Notes: generated by a model from the letters alone, not told the origin. Shown: positions 49,020 to 60,377, counted from the first letter of the stretch. The stretch: 64,000 nucleotides of DNA from an uncultured Candidatus Binatia bacterium (GCA_964371655.1 CAYJOD010000007.1:81145-145144); one strand, 5' to 3'. A program made the numbers and translations.

Positions 49020-49150
49020 GATGTTTTCGCCCGATGTCATCCCGAGCGGAGTGAGGGATCTGACAGCGTTTGCATTTACGCGGCTGCAGAAGATTCCTCG
49101 CCGCGTAAGTGCGATGGCTCGGAATGACAATCAAACTGATCCACTACCGG
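49020..49150 (+). repeat. F7 element (tttgatgttttcgcccgatgtcatcccgagcggagtgagggatc ... gaagattcctcgccgcgtaagtgcgatggctcggaatgaca)
   Basis: A second copy at 61440-61600 also sits immediately after a gene stop. Confidence 0.7.
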
Positions 49151-49244
49151 ATTGCTGACCGTGGCTTGCAGAAACCTGCAATCTCAAATCTGAAATCTCA
49201 AATCTAAAATTTCATGTGTGTGTGGGAGACTAGGTGTCGATGAA

Positions 49245-49832
49245 ATGAACGAGCGCGGTAGCGTCAACTGGAATGCGCTCACGGCCTTGGCCGCCTTGAT
49301 CACCGCCGCGGCGGCGGTTGCAATGTGCCTGGTTCTAACCATCACGATGCACAGCGACGTGCAGCGCACGCGCTCGGCCACGGCGCTCGATACGCTGTGG
49401 CGGCTCGACGCCGATTGGAATTCGCCCGAGATGGCGGACGCGCGCAGCAACGCGGCGACCGCCTTGCTTGACGGCCGCCCGTCGCGCGAGATCGAAATGG
49501 TGCTCGACTTCTTCGACGAGGTCGCGCTCCTCTTGCAGCGCGATGCCGTCGATGAAGAGCTGGTGTGGTACGAGTTCTACCGCCCGATGGTCAACTACTG
49601 GTACGCCAGCCAGAAATACGTCTCCAAGCAACGCAGCGACGGGGCCACCGCTTGGGAGCAGCTGACCATCGTCATGCCGCGCCTGGTCAAGATCGAGTCG
49701 TTGCGCCGCAACCGCAGCACCGACGACGTGGTCCCGACGATGCCCCAGATCCGCGACTTCCTGAACACCGAGATCGATGCCGGCGAGAGTGAAGACAGTC
49801 ACGAGGCGGGCGTTCGACGCATGCCGTCGTGA
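49245..49832 (+). CDS. Hypothetical membrane-anchored protein
   Basis: MNERGSVNWNALTALAALITAAAAVAMCLVL N-terminal TM helix. Confidence 0.45.
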   Translation: MNERGSVNWNALTALAALITAAAAVAMCLVLTITMHSDVQRTRSATALDTLWRLDADWNSPEMADARSNAATALLDGRPSREIEMVLDFFDEVALLLQRDAVDEELVWYEFYRPMVNYWYASQKYVSKQRSDGATAWEQLTIVMPRLVKIESLRRNRSTDDVVPTMPQIRDFLNTEIDAGESEDSHEAGVRRMPS

Positions 49833-49869
49833 GGGTGCGCTGCGGCCGCGGCGCACCGATCCGCGGTAG

Positions 49870-50304
<435 letters not shown>

Positions 50305-50861
50305 TCCGCGAAGGCCACGGCGAACGATGGACGTCGGCGACAACCTCGACGTGTTTCGGCGCCTTGAACGCGGCGAGGCTCACAGATTGCGTGCGAGCTC
50401 CCTGTGGATCAAGTCGTCATCCGCGGATGAGCGGCCCTCGCTGAGCTCCTGAAGTCTGAGGCCCGAAGCCTGAAGCCCACGCCGAATCCCATCGACCGCG
50501 TTGACTTCCTCTCTCTTTCACGCGATATGCGGCGACGCTGCTGGTGTCAAAGGGAAGTCGGTGTAATGCCGACACGGCCCCCGCCACTGTAACTGGAACG
50601 AACGCGGCAGATTCGCCACTGTCCGAAGGGATGGGAAGGCGCCGCAAGTAGGTCGCCGGAAGTCAGGAAACCTGACCCAACAGCACGTTCGAAGTCCTCC
50701 GGGGTGTGAGGATGAGATTGCTGTAGGCCGTCTCCTTCATACCCGGAAGCGCTTAGGCGCGACCGGGTTTCTTGTTTGCGGCAGCAACCTCCCATTCTCG
50801 CTCAGCGGCCCGGCGTGTGTCCGCGTTTCGCATCGGAGCGCCAGAAACGGGAGGTTTCATC

Positions 50862-52292
50862 ATGCGCGTTTTCTCTTGTCGGTATTCTCACAACCCTAAC
50901 CCAGTCAGCGGCCGCCGGCGCGACGCGATGGTTGCAGCAGCCGTGCTTGCCCTCGCGACGGCGCCGGCACAAGCGACAATCACAGCTTCGGCGGGATACA
51001 TCTACAGCAGCCTGGCGGTCGGCAACACCACGCAGAGCTGCGTTGCCGCCGCTCCGGGCGGCACCTTCGTCGGCGTTGGGCCTGGGTACACCGCCAACGC
51101 CAACTCAATCGTGCAGGTGAGCGAGTCGGGAGCCGTGCGTACGGTGGCGACCGGGTTCAACTCGATTTCGGATTGCGCCTACGACGTCGCCACCGACGTC
51201 CTCTACGTCGGCGACAACGCCGACAGCGGCGATCTCCCGGGCGCCCTCACCGGCGACACCGTGTTCGCTCTTCCCGCCGCCTCCACGGCGACGGGTCTCA
51301 GCGCCGTCGGCCATGAGCTGGTCCCACAAAATAGCGTGCCCGCGGTCGGTGGAATCGCGATCAACTCCGCGGGGGATGTGTTCGCCGCCGACTCGACCGG
51401 TGGCGGGGCGGGCACGGTGCAAAGGATCACGCCCAGCCAGTCAACCTTTGCCTCACCCTTCGACTATACCGCCGGTCTCGCGTTCGACCCGAGCGACGGG
51501 ACCCTGCTGGTGTCCGAGAGCACATCCTCCTTCGACTCGAAGATCACACGCTACAGTGCCGCGGGTGCTTTCGTCTCGACATTCGCGGGTCCCAACACCG
51601 CGTTCGGTTCGTACGACCTCGCCTTCAGCCACGACGGCTTTCTTCTCGCCACCGGCAGCGGCAACATTGCCGCCTTCGACTCGGTGGGAAACCAAAGCAC
51701 GTTCGCCAGCGGCTTTTCATTCCCCACCGGGATTTCGACGAGCTCGTTTACCGGCCGTGTCGAGATCCTCGATAGCTTCTCGGGCACGGCGAGCGATTCG
51801 ATGGTCCACCGCTTCACACCCATTGCCAAGCTTGTCCCCGGCGGCAGCCGAGCCGGCACCGAATGCATCCATGAGCTCTATGGACTCGAGTTGGTCGCGA
51901 CACGACCAGACCAGACACCGCGCAGTGCCATCTGCGTCGACGGCGACGCTTGCGACGCCGACGGCGTGGTCAACGATCAATGCGTCTTTCCGGTCGGGTT
52001 CTGTTTCAAGGTAACGGACCCACGTTTTCCAACCTGTCCGAACAACAATGTCTCCGACGTCGCCATCACCAGCAGACCGACCTCAGCTGGATTGACGGCG
52101 CTCTCAGAGCAGATCCAGGCCACGCTGCCGATCACCGCGCCTTCGTGCTTCTTCAGCGACGGGATCACGGTTGCGGTGAAGACTACAACGAGAGGGAAGA
52201 GGAGCGGCAGCGGCAAGGTCAACGTCAGGGCAGCCACGGCAGCCGGCAGAGACAACGATACCGTTCGCCTGGTTTGCCAACCGGCCCCTTGA
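50862..52292 (+). CDS. Secreted repeat protein (beta-propeller-like repeats, Cys-rich C-terminus)
   Basis: GGGAGG RBS. Signal peptide MVAAAVLALATAPAQA, repeated GxxxVAxDxxGN-like segments, C-terminal CxxxxC clusters. Confidence 0.5.
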   Translation: MRVFSCRYSHNPNPVSGRRRDAMVAAAVLALATAPAQATITASAGYIYSSLAVGNTTQSCVAAAPGGTFVGVGPGYTANANSIVQVSESGAVRTVATGFNSISDCAYDVATDVLYVGDNADSGDLPGALTGDTVFALPAASTATGLSAVGHELVPQNSVPAVGGIAINSAGDVFAADSTGGGAGTVQRITPSQSTFASPFDYTAGLAFDPSDGTLLVSESTSSFDSKITRYSAAGAFVSTFAGPNTAFGSYDLAFSHDGFLLATGSGNIAAFDSVGNQSTFASGFSFPTGISTSSFTGRVEILDSFSGTASDSMVHRFTPIAKLVPGGSRAGTECIHELYGLELVATRPDQTPRSAICVDGDACDADGVVNDQCVFPVGFCFKVTDPRFPTCPNNNVSDVAITSRPTSAGLTALSEQIQATLPITAPSCFFSDGITVAVKTTTRGKRSGSGKVNVRAATAAGRDNDTVRLVCQPAP

Positions 52293-52408
52293 GATGAGCC
52301 ACGTCATGTGGAGTGCGGCGGCCCTTCGACGCGGCAGAGGACAAGGTCGCCGCACTGGGGTTGGACGGTAGAATATGCCACCGGGTTTGAATCTTGGCAT
52401 CGGAGCTC

Positions 52409-52960
52409 CAGGCCTTGGTGGTATAGGCTTCCAGCCACATCATTACACACAACTCGGCATGCACGCGTATCTGGATTCTGGACCCCGAAGGGGTCGGAGG
52501 AATTAGCCGGTGGTTGAGCGAAGCGATACCACCGGATCATACGTGGCCCCCGTATTTCGCACCCCGGTAGGGGTGCAAGCACATCGTGCTCAGCGGGGCG
52601 AGAAGGCTTGCGACAGCTGGCACCCCTACCGGGGTGCACAATCTCCGGCCCGGAAGCCGGTGGTATCGGCCGGTGGCCTCAACCCACCGGCTAATCGCTG
52701 TCATCCCTCCGGGATGCTCCGGGAAGCGCCAAGGCCGGGCTGCGAGTTGTGTGTAACGATGTGGCTTCCAGCCTGTACCGCCAAGGCTCTTCCGGCCTCC
52801 AAATCTTCTCAAGAGACTTGCGTCCAATCATGGGTTGATCGGATCCACCGCTTCGATGGTTGATCCCACCCTTCGACGAAGAGCCATTTGCTAATGCTGG
52901 CTACGACCTGCTCTATAGAAAATGCCCGATGGTACAGGCTGGAAGCCTATACCACCGGGC
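52409..52960 (+). repeat. Cluster of F6 palindromic elements (GGTGGTATAGGCTTCCAGCCTGTACCACC and CATCATTACACACA variants) plus long hairpins (gcaccccggtaggggtgc...gcacccctaccggggtgc)
   Basis: Copies at 52409-52466, 52749-52795 and 52928-52960. More copies at 58981-59035, 59166-59216 and 63926-63990. Confidence 0.75.
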
Positions 52961-52977
52961 CGGCAGTCGCCGACCAA

Positions 52978-54000
52978 ATGTCCCAACCCCAGAGCCGGAA
53001 CAAGCTTCCGCACTCCAAACGTGGACTAGTTGCCGTCGTGGCACTGCTCCTGTGGCCGGCGCTTGCGGTGTGGGCGGCGAGTGATCCGTTCGCGGACGAA
53101 GTTGTCGCCTTCATCGCGGGCGCCCACGCCGGCTTCGGCGCCGACCACTTTCCCAACGTCGTCCTCGGTCCACCCGTCGCCGCCGGCGACCTGCAGGGTT
53201 CCACCGATGTGCTGTCGCTCGGCGACGGCGGCAGCATCGTCCTGCGTTTCGACGAGCCGGGGATCTGCGATCGGCCGGGCCCTGACTTCATCATCTTCGA
53301 AAATGCTTTTCATGTCGGCAGCGCCGACGGTCCGGTGTTCGTCGAGGTCGGTATCGTCGCCGTCAGTGAAGATGGAATCCACTTCGTCGAATTCCCCTAC
53401 GACGCGACGAGCTTCGCCGGCCTCGCCGGCAGGACGCCGGTCTACAGCAATCCCGACAACGGCATCGATCCAACCGACCCGGCCGTTGCCGGTGGCGACG
53501 CCTTCGATCTGGCGACGGTCGGATTGGCATCGGTGCGCTACGTGCGCATCACCGACCCGGGCAACGCCATCCCCGACTCCGGCAGCCGCATCGTGCCCGG
53601 CAACTCCAACGGCTTCGATCTCGACGCGATCGCGGCAATCCACACTTGCCAGGGTGACGCTCCAACCGCGACCCCCTCGCCCACCCCGACACCGACGCCG
53701 GCGTTGTCGCCACCACAAACGATGCAGCCCAGCGCCAGTCCGACCCTCCAATTCCCGACGACCACTCCGACACCGACGCTCACCGTCACCCACACGGTTA
53801 CCAGCGCGCCCCTAGCCACGCACACGCCCCGGCCCGGCGACGTCGACGGAGACGGTAAGCTCGATGACCATGACCTCTCCGCAGTGATCCGTGCGATCTT
53901 CGCAGCCCCGGTTTCGACCAGCGCCGATGTCAACCGCGATAGCCTGGTCTCTGCCGCGGATTGCTCGTGGTTGGTCATTGCCGTGGGAGGGGTGGAATGA
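52978..54000 (+). CDS. Secreted protein with Pro/Thr-rich linker and C-terminal dockerin/EF-hand-like DVDGDGKLDDHD...DVNRDSLVSAAD repeats
   Basis: Signal peptide LVAVVALLLWPALAVWA. Start is inside the F6 repeat region. Confidence 0.55.
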   Translation: MSQPQSRNKLPHSKRGLVAVVALLLWPALAVWAASDPFADEVVAFIAGAHAGFGADHFPNVVLGPPVAAGDLQGSTDVLSLGDGGSIVLRFDEPGICDRPGPDFIIFENAFHVGSADGPVFVEVGIVAVSEDGIHFVEFPYDATSFAGLAGRTPVYSNPDNGIDPTDPAVAGGDAFDLATVGLASVRYVRITDPGNAIPDSGSRIVPGNSNGFDLDAIAAIHTCQGDAPTATPSPTPTPTPALSPPQTMQPSASPTLQFPTTTPTPTLTVTHTVTSAPLATHTPRPGDVDGDGKLDDHDLSAVIRAIFAAPVSTSADVNRDSLVSAADCSWLVIAVGGVE

Positions 54001-54027
54001 CGCAGGGGTGCAGGTTCTCGAAGACTG

Positions 54028-54095
54028 CTCCAGAAATGGTGGGGCAGGCCTCCGTGCCTGCCGGGCCGCGCCCGCAGGCACGCCTGCGCCCCCCA
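54028..54095 (+). repeat. F8 element copy
   Basis: gtggggcaggcctccgtgcctgccgggccgcgcccgcaggcacgcctgcgcc. Confidence 0.65.
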
Positions 54096-54220
54096 AAATA
54101 GCGCCAGACGGTTTTAATAGTCCGGGAGTCATTGGAAGTAATTGCTCGTATACCAACACAGTCAGGGCGCGCCGCCGCGCGCCCCTACGCCCTCGGGTCC
54201 TTCTCGTAGGGGCGCATGGC

Positions 54221-56248
54221 ATGCGCCCTCTTCCGTGGGTTTTGCGAAACTCTCCCTTGGCCTGCGCCGTCATGTTCGCGGTTCTCTTCGAACACACGGT
54301 CATGGCGCAAGATTCACAAACGATGGAGCCCGTCGTCGTCACCGGCAAAGCCATTCACCCGATCGAAGAGCGCGCGCCCACGACGTTCGCCACACAGATC
54401 GATCCGTCCGAGCATACTGAGCAGGCCGAGACGGTGACCGATGTCCTGGCCGAAAGCGTCGGCACCAGCGTACGTCGCTTCGGCGGTCTCGGCTCGTTCA
54501 GCACCATCTCGATTCGCGGCTCGGCGTCCAACCAGGTGCAGATCTATCTCGATGGGATTCCACTATCGCGCGCGCGCGATGAAACCCTGAACCTGGCCGA
54601 CCTGCCGCTCGACAGTCTGGAACGCATCGAGGTCTATCGCGGCTCGACACCGGTAGGCTTCAGCACCGCCGGCATCGGCGGCGTCGTCAACCTGGTCACC
54701 AAGAAGCCAAGCCTGGAGCCGCTGACGCAGATGTCCGCGTCCTACGGCTCCTTCGAAACCCGCAAGGTCGTGGCGTCGCACTCGCAGAAGGTCGGCGGCT
54801 TCGACGTGCTCGGGCACGTTTCCTATCTCGGCAGCAAGGGCGACTTCCCCTACATCGATGACCGCGACACGGCCAATCCTCTCGATGACCGCGAGCGGAC
54901 CCGACAAAATAGTTGGTTCGACTCGACCGAAGGCTTGCTCAAGATCGGGCGCGATCTTCCGAACGGCGTACGCGCCGATCTCACCAGCGACTTCTACTGG
55001 CGCAATCAAGGTCTGCCACAAGTCGGTCACGACGACCCGAAGGGCGCGACCCTCGCGGAGATGCGCTCTCTCAACTACCTGCGTTTCACCAAGGACAAGC
55101 TGGTCGTCGACGCGCTTGCCGGACAGCTGTCGGTGTTCGGCAGCTACGAACGTCATTCCCTTTCCGACCCTCGCGGCCAACTCAACGGCAGTCAGGCGCA
55201 GACCAATCGCTTCACCACCGTCGGCGGCGGTAATTTCACGCTCACCTACACAGCGTCGACATGGAATGAGCTGAGTTGGTTCACCGAGCTCTCACACGAA
55301 CGTTTCGACGCCACCAACGAGCTCGCCACAGTCTCCGACTATCCCGATCAAACACGACTCGACGTGAGCACGGCTCTACAGGATCGGATCAGCGTTTTCG
55401 ACGGCATGCTCTCGTTGTTGCCTGTACTGCGCTACCAGCGCCTCGAAGATCACTTCAGCACAACCGACCCGGCCGGTGAGCCGATCGGATCGTTGCGGCG
55501 CACACACGACCTGTGGGGCCCGTCGATCGGCGCGCAGCTCGAGCCGTGGGAATGGCTCAGCGTGCGCGGCAACCTTGGACGCTATCAGCGTGCTCCCAAC
55601 TTCACCGAGCTCTTCGGGATGCGCGGGTTTGTAAACGGCAACGCCAAGCTCGTGCCGGAAGAAGGCCTCAACCGTGACATCGGCTTCCGACTCCGATCTG
55701 GTCGCCTGGGTTACGCCGACGAGCTGCTGTTGGAGTACGCTTACTTCAACAACGACGCGACGGACCTCATCGTATTCATTCAGAACTCCGCGTCGGTCTT
55801 CGTGCCGACCAACATCGGAGCAGCGCGTCTGCGCGGCCACGAGCTCTCCACGCACGCCGTGTTTCTCGACCATATCGGTTTCGATCTGAACTACACGCGG
55901 CAAGAGACGACGAATCTGACATCGAGCGACACCTATTGGCAGCGCCAACTACCCGGGCGACCGCGCAACGAGTGGTACACGCGCCTGCAGCTCTTCAATG
56001 CCTACGGCAAGCTCTTCTACGAGCTCAATGTCAGCGACGGCAATTATCTCGACCAGGTCAACTACGGCCGTGTGCCGGCGCGCGACATTCATACCGTGGG
56101 TATCGCCGGCAACCCGCGTCCGTGGCTGCGGCTCGCGTTCGAGGCGCGTAACCTCACCGACAATGCAGTGCGCGATTTGCAGGGATTCCCGCTACCCGGC
56201 CTTTCATTCTTCGGAACCGTGCAGGTTCAGCTAGGAGGGGCCACATGA
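54221..56248 (+). CDS. TonB-dependent outer-membrane receptor (BtuB/siderophore-type)
   Basis: Plug domain VVTGKAIHP...SFSTISIRGS..QVQIYLDGIP, 22-strand barrel. Start uncertain. Confidence 0.8.
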   Translation: MRPLPWVLRNSPLACAVMFAVLFEHTVMAQDSQTMEPVVVTGKAIHPIEERAPTTFATQIDPSEHTEQAETVTDVLAESVGTSVRRFGGLGSFSTISIRGSASNQVQIYLDGIPLSRARDETLNLADLPLDSLERIEVYRGSTPVGFSTAGIGGVVNLVTKKPSLEPLTQMSASYGSFETRKVVASHSQKVGGFDVLGHVSYLGSKGDFPYIDDRDTANPLDDRERTRQNSWFDSTEGLLKIGRDLPNGVRADLTSDFYWRNQGLPQVGHDDPKGATLAEMRSLNYLRFTKDKLVVDALAGQLSVFGSYERHSLSDPRGQLNGSQAQTNRFTTVGGGNFTLTYTASTWNELSWFTELSHERFDATNELATVSDYPDQTRLDVSTALQDRISVFDGMLSLLPVLRYQRLEDHFSTTDPAGEPIGSLRRTHDLWGPSIGAQLEPWEWLSVRGNLGRYQRAPNFTELFGMRGFVNGNAKLVPEEGLNRDIGFRLRSGRLGYADELLLEYAYFNNDATDLIVFIQNSASVFVPTNIGAARLRGHELSTHAVFLDHIGFDLNYTRQETTNLTSSDTYWQRQLPGRPRNEWYTRLQLFNAYGKLFYELNVSDGNYLDQVNYGRVPARDIHTVGIAGNPRPWLRLAFEARNLTDNAVRDLQGFPLPGLSFFGTVQVQLGGAT

Positions 56249-57513
56249 TCGCGCGCGTCATCGCAGTTTGCGCCGTGTTGCTGGTGGCCGCGACGAGACT
56301 GTCTGCACAGCCCTGCCCGGGCGACTGCGACACGAGCGGCGGCGTTGGCCTAGAAGAGATCGCCAGCGGGGTGCAGATCGCCCTCGATGCGAGTCGATTC
56401 GACAGCTGCACGCCGGCGGATGGCGACAACGACGGAGTGGTGAACGTGGAGGATCTCGTCCGTGCCGTCGATCGCGCCGACAACGGTTGCGCGCGCCAGC
56501 AGCAGGCATTCGTGGTGGCGACCGACTTCCAGACCGGTTCGTTCGCCACCGTCGGTCTCGCTGCACCACGGCAGGTGGTGCCCAGCGACCCCTCTCGTGT
56601 CGTCGGCAGCGATGCCGTGGTGCGCACGCACGCGGGCGTCGTGTACGTCCTGAACCGCTTCCTCGCCAACAACATCCAGGCCTTCGACTTCGCGAACGAC
56701 TTGCGCCCGACCTTTCAATGCTCGACCGGCTCCGGAACCAACCCGCACGACATCGCCGTCGTCAGCCCGCACAAGGCGTACGTGACCGCTTACGAGACCG
56801 CGCAGCTGCTCATCGTCAACCCGTCGCCGCGGCCGGACTGCGCCGACTTCGTGAGCGGCGGGATCGACCTGTCGGCGTTTGCCGACGCCGACGGTGTGCC
56901 GGAGATGGATCAGATGGTCATCGTCGGCAAGCGACTGTTCGTGTCGCTCGAGCAGCTCGACCGTCGTAACTTCTTCGCACCGGCACGCAACGGAATCCTC
57001 GTCGTGATCGATACCGAGCACGATACCGTCGTCGGCTCGATCGCCCTGAGCGGCGGCAATCCGTTTGCCTCGACCAAGGGACTGCCCGTCATCAACGGCG
57101 ACATTGTGATATCGGAGAGCGGGCACATCGGAGTCAACGACGGAGGGATCGAGCGCGTGAATCTTGCCAACCAAACGGCTTCCGGCTTCTTCATCAGCGA
57201 AGCAGATCTCGGCGGCGACCTCACCGACTTCGTGATTGTGTCGGCGCGGCTGGGCTACGCGGCGGTGTCCGGTGAGGCTTCGACCAAGGTCGTCGGCTTC
57301 GATCCCTCACAGCACCGCGTCCTGCGCACGGTGTACGATCGCGGTGGCTTTGTGCCCGACATCGAAGTCAACGATCGCGGCGAGCTGTTCGTGAGCGACC
57401 GGACCTTCAGCCGTCCCGGCCTGCGCATCTACCGCGCCGCCGACGGCGTCGAGCTCACGACGGGAGTGTTGCCGGTAGGGCTGCCGCCGTTCGACCTCGT
57501 GTTTCTGCCATGA
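56245..57513 (+). CDS. Secreted YncE/YVTN-like beta-propeller protein with N-terminal dockerin-like Ca-binding repeats
   Basis: ATGA overlap with the receptor gene. Signal peptide, then CPGDCDTSGGVGLEEI...DGDNDGVVNVEDLV. Confidence 0.6.
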   Translation: MIARVIAVCAVLLVAATRLSAQPCPGDCDTSGGVGLEEIASGVQIALDASRFDSCTPADGDNDGVVNVEDLVRAVDRADNGCARQQQAFVVATDFQTGSFATVGLAAPRQVVPSDPSRVVGSDAVVRTHAGVVYVLNRFLANNIQAFDFANDLRPTFQCSTGSGTNPHDIAVVSPHKAYVTAYETAQLLIVNPSPRPDCADFVSGGIDLSAFADADGVPEMDQMVIVGKRLFVSLEQLDRRNFFAPARNGILVVIDTEHDTVVGSIALSGGNPFASTKGLPVINGDIVISESGHIGVNDGGIERVNLANQTASGFFISEADLGGDLTDFVIVSARLGYAAVSGEASTKVVGFDPSQHRVLRTVYDRGGFVPDIEVNDRGELFVSDRTFSRPGLRIYRAADGVELTTGVLPVGLPPFDLVFLP

Positions 57514-57585
57514 GGAGTGTGGCACGGCAGAGCCCCTTGCGGGCTGCGCTCGCAGCCGCAGCTGCGCCGGTGTTGGGAAGCGCGC

Positions 57586-57882
57586 CCTCTCCCGCAACAC
57601 CTGCGGGAGAGGAGACTGTCGATGTTCTCCGCAACAGGCCGCCACTCGGAGAACGGAAAATCAGAAACCGGAAACCGAAAATGGAAAACCGGCCTTTCTG
57701 CCTGAGCATTGCCCAGTTTCCGGTTTCCTGTTTTTTGTTTTCGGTTTTGCATTCGCGTTTATCGACACCCTCAGAGGGTGGGGGTGAGGGATCCAATTCA
57801 TCGCAACCTTTGCTGCGCCCATCCGCGCCGCGTCGGTTCCCTCACCCTAACCCCCCACAAGTAATGCGGGCGGGAGCTGGCC
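57586..57882 (-). repeat. F1 element (57586-57790, inverted) fused to F2 element (57780-57882), inside the uptake gene cluster
   Basis: Same core as 1342-1446 and same F2 tail as 24176-24304. Confidence 0.8.
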
Positions 57883-58028
57883 TGGGAGCCCCAACTTGGA
57901 AATCGTCCCGCGGCGACAAGATTCTTGGGCTGGCCTGGGAGCGCCGGCATCTTGCCGGCGCGGAGAACGGATTCGCGCCGCTTAGAAGGCGGCGCTCCCA
58001 GGCAGGGCAAGGCACCGGGCATTTTGGG

Positions 58029-58898
58029 TTGCGAGCATTGCTCGCGGTCGGCTTTGTGCTCTGCGTTCTGTGTTTCAATTCTTCCCTTGCGCACGCCGCG
58101 CCGGCGCGCATCGTCTCGCTAGCACCGTCCGTGACCGAGTCCGTCTTCGCCCTCGGTCTCGGCGATCGTCTGGTCGGTGTATCGGTGTACTGCGACTATC
58201 CGCCAGGAGTTGAGAAGATCGACCGCGTCGGCACCTTTCTCACGCCCAACATAGAAGCCATCCTTGCCAAGCGGCCCGATATCGTCCTCGGCGTCCCCTC
58301 GCCGGGCAACCGCGGTCCGGTCGAAGAGCTGCGCCGGCTCGGCGTGCGCGTGGTCGTGGTGGATCCAACCACGATCGACGAGATCAAGCAGGCACAGATC
58401 GATCTCGGGATCGCGCTCGACGTCGAAGCCGCAGCGCACGAGCTGGTGCGTGGCATCGACGCCAGGATCGAGCGTGTCGGCGCCGCTCTGCGCGACGTGC
58501 CCGAGCGCAAGGTATTGATGGTCGTCGGGCAGACGCCGTTGATAGCGGTGGGGAGAGGAACCTATCTCGACGAGTTGATTCGCCTGGCCCACGGCATCAA
58601 CCTGGGTGCCGCAGCCGGCGGCAGTTGGCCGCGGTTGAGCATCGAGTTTGCGATCGCGGCGGGGCCGGAGGTGATCATCGATACGACGATGGGCAACGAG
58701 GAGCAGACCGGCGCGGCGGCCAGCCTCGATTTCTGGAAGAGCTTCGCGACGATCCCGGCGGTCAAGAACGGGCGCGTGCACGGCTACAAGCAGTATCAGC
58801 TGCTGCGCCCCGGCCCGCGCCTGCCCGAGGCGTTGGAGACGATCGCGCGAATCATCCATCCCGAGGCCTTCAGCGAAAGCGGTGCACCGTCACGATGA
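58029..58898 (+). CDS. ABC transporter periplasmic substrate-binding protein, BtuF/FecB (TroA-like class 8) family
   Basis: Signal peptide, then RIVSLAPSVTESVFALGLGDRLVGVS... The 5' 170 codons of the track ORF translate the repeat. Proposed TTG start at 58029 is tentative. Confidence 0.7.
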   Translation: MRALLAVGFVLCVLCFNSSLAHAAPARIVSLAPSVTESVFALGLGDRLVGVSVYCDYPPGVEKIDRVGTFLTPNIEAILAKRPDIVLGVPSPGNRGPVEELRRLGVRVVVVDPTTIDEIKQAQIDLGIALDVEAAAHELVRGIDARIERVGAALRDVPERKVLMVVGQTPLIAVGRGTYLDELIRLAHGINLGAAAGGSWPRLSIEFAIAAGPEVIIDTTMGNEEQTGAAASLDFWKSFATIPAVKNGRVHGYKQYQLLRPGPRLPEALETIARIIHPEAFSESGAPSR

Positions 58899-58980
58899 TC
58901 CGGGGTGAGCCCTATTGCCGGAAACGTCGCCGCTTTGCAGGGACTCGGGGTAGGCCTACGGGCGGCGCACTGGAGCTTGG

Positions 58981-59216
58981 TCCTTTGGCCGGCGATCGCC
59001 GGCCCGGTGGTATAGGCTTCCAGCCTGTACCACCGGGCACTTGCTCTAGCGCGGGTGACAGCGCGCATCCGCAAGAAACTGTTCGCTGCTGGCGAGCATC
59101 AACCAGCGAATCGGCAGATCCGATCCATACACCAATGTGCTCGACTGTCTCGACAAGGTTGGAGGCCGGAACAGCCTTGGTGGTACAGGCTGGAAGCCTA
59201 TACCACCAAGGCCTGG
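58981..59216 (+). repeat. Two F6 palindromes between the SBP and permease genes
   Basis: cggtggtataggcttccagcctgtaccaccgggc and ttggtggtacaggctggaagcctataccaccaagg. Confidence 0.75.
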
Positions 59217-59304
59217 AGCTTCGACGCTCAGGTTCAACCCGGGTGCCACATCCAAAGGGCAAGACTGCGAAATGCCGCCTTCCATATGGCACAGGGAATC
59301 GGCC

Positions 59305-60318
59305 ATGTCGTACTTGACCAAAGCCCACTTCGCGCGAGTCATGCTGGGGCTGGCGGCGCTCCTGCTCGCCACGATCGTCGCCGCGTGCCTGATCGGCAGC
59401 GTGCACATCGATCTTTGGCGCGCCCTGCAACGCGGCCTGCCGCAAAACGTCGACGCCGTCATTCTCTTCGAGACGCGGCTGCCACGAGTGTTGCTGGCGG
59501 CGATTGTCGGCGCGGCGCTGGCCGCCGCCGGTGCGGCGCTGCAAGGTCTATTGCGCAACCCGCTTGCCGAGCCTCATCTCATCGGTATCTCCGGCGGCGC
59601 GGCGCTGGGCGCGGTCGCGGCGGTGATTGTCGGCGGGCGCCAGATCCTGGCAGAGGCGGCGCTGCTGCCGCTGGCGGCATCCGCGGGGGCGCTGCTGTCG
59701 ATGGCCATCGTCTACCGTCTCGCGCTCGTGCATGGACGCCTGCAGCCCTACGTCCTGCTGCTTGCCGGTGTCGTCTACAATGCCTTCACCGGGGCGCTGA
59801 TCATGTGTGTCAACGCGATCGCCGATCTTTACCAAGCCCAAGGTATCCTCTTCTGGCTCATGGGTAACTTGGGCACGCACAGCTACACCCTGGTCGCCGC
59901 CATCAGCGTCTACGTACTCGCCGGCAGCGCCTGGTTACTGTCCCACGCGCGTGCCCTCAACGTTCTCAGTCTCGGGGAAGAAGGCGCCGCACAGCTCGGC
60001 GTCAACGTCGATCGCGCCCGGCGCGCCGTGTTCTTCGGCTCGTCGCTGCTGGTCGGCGCGGTGGTCTCGGTCAGCGGCATGATCGGGTTCGTCGGGCTCA
60101 TCGTCCCGCACGTATTGCGGCTGCTCTTCGGCGCCGACCACCGTCTATTGATTCCGGCTTCGTTTCTTGCCGGTGCGATCTTCCTGATTTGGGCGGACAC
60201 GATCGCGCGCACGGTCCTCGGTGTCGTCGAGGTTCCGGTCGGCGTCGTCACCGCGCTGTGTGGCGGGCCGTTCTTCGTCTACCTGCTCAAGCGCGAAGGG
60301 ACACGGATCGTCGGATGA
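59305..60318 (+). CDS. FecCD/BtuC-family ABC permease
   Basis: Ten TM helices with a FecCD signature region. Confidence 0.85.
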   Translation: MSYLTKAHFARVMLGLAALLLATIVAACLIGSVHIDLWRALQRGLPQNVDAVILFETRLPRVLLAAIVGAALAAAGAALQGLLRNPLAEPHLIGISGGAALGAVAAVIVGGRQILAEAALLPLAASAGALLSMAIVYRLALVHGRLQPYVLLLAGVVYNAFTGALIMCVNAIADLYQAQGILFWLMGNLGTHSYTLVAAISVYVLAGSAWLLSHARALNVLSLGEEGAAQLGVNVDRARRAVFFGSSLLVGAVVSVSGMIGFVGLIVPHVLRLLFGADHRLLIPASFLAGAIFLIWADTIARTVLGVVEVPVGVVTALCGGPFFVYLLKREGTRIVG

Positions 60319-60377
60319 GCACGAACACCTCATCGCGCGCTACACCCGCAACCGAAGCAGCGCCGACGGTTGGAAGC

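Noticed and set aside
52304-52863. Small ORFs (52308-52517, 52510-52863 and others) within the 52.3-52.98 kb region as genes.
   Set aside because: The region is a mosaic of F6 palindromes and hairpins, and the ORFs mirror each other on both strands.
57510-58028. N-terminal 173 codons of track ORF 57510-58898 as part of the substrate-binding protein.
   Set aside because: That stretch is the F1/F2 repeat read in-frame (MENRPFCLSIAQFPV..., MRAGAGLG...). The conserved SBP and its signal peptide begin near 58029.
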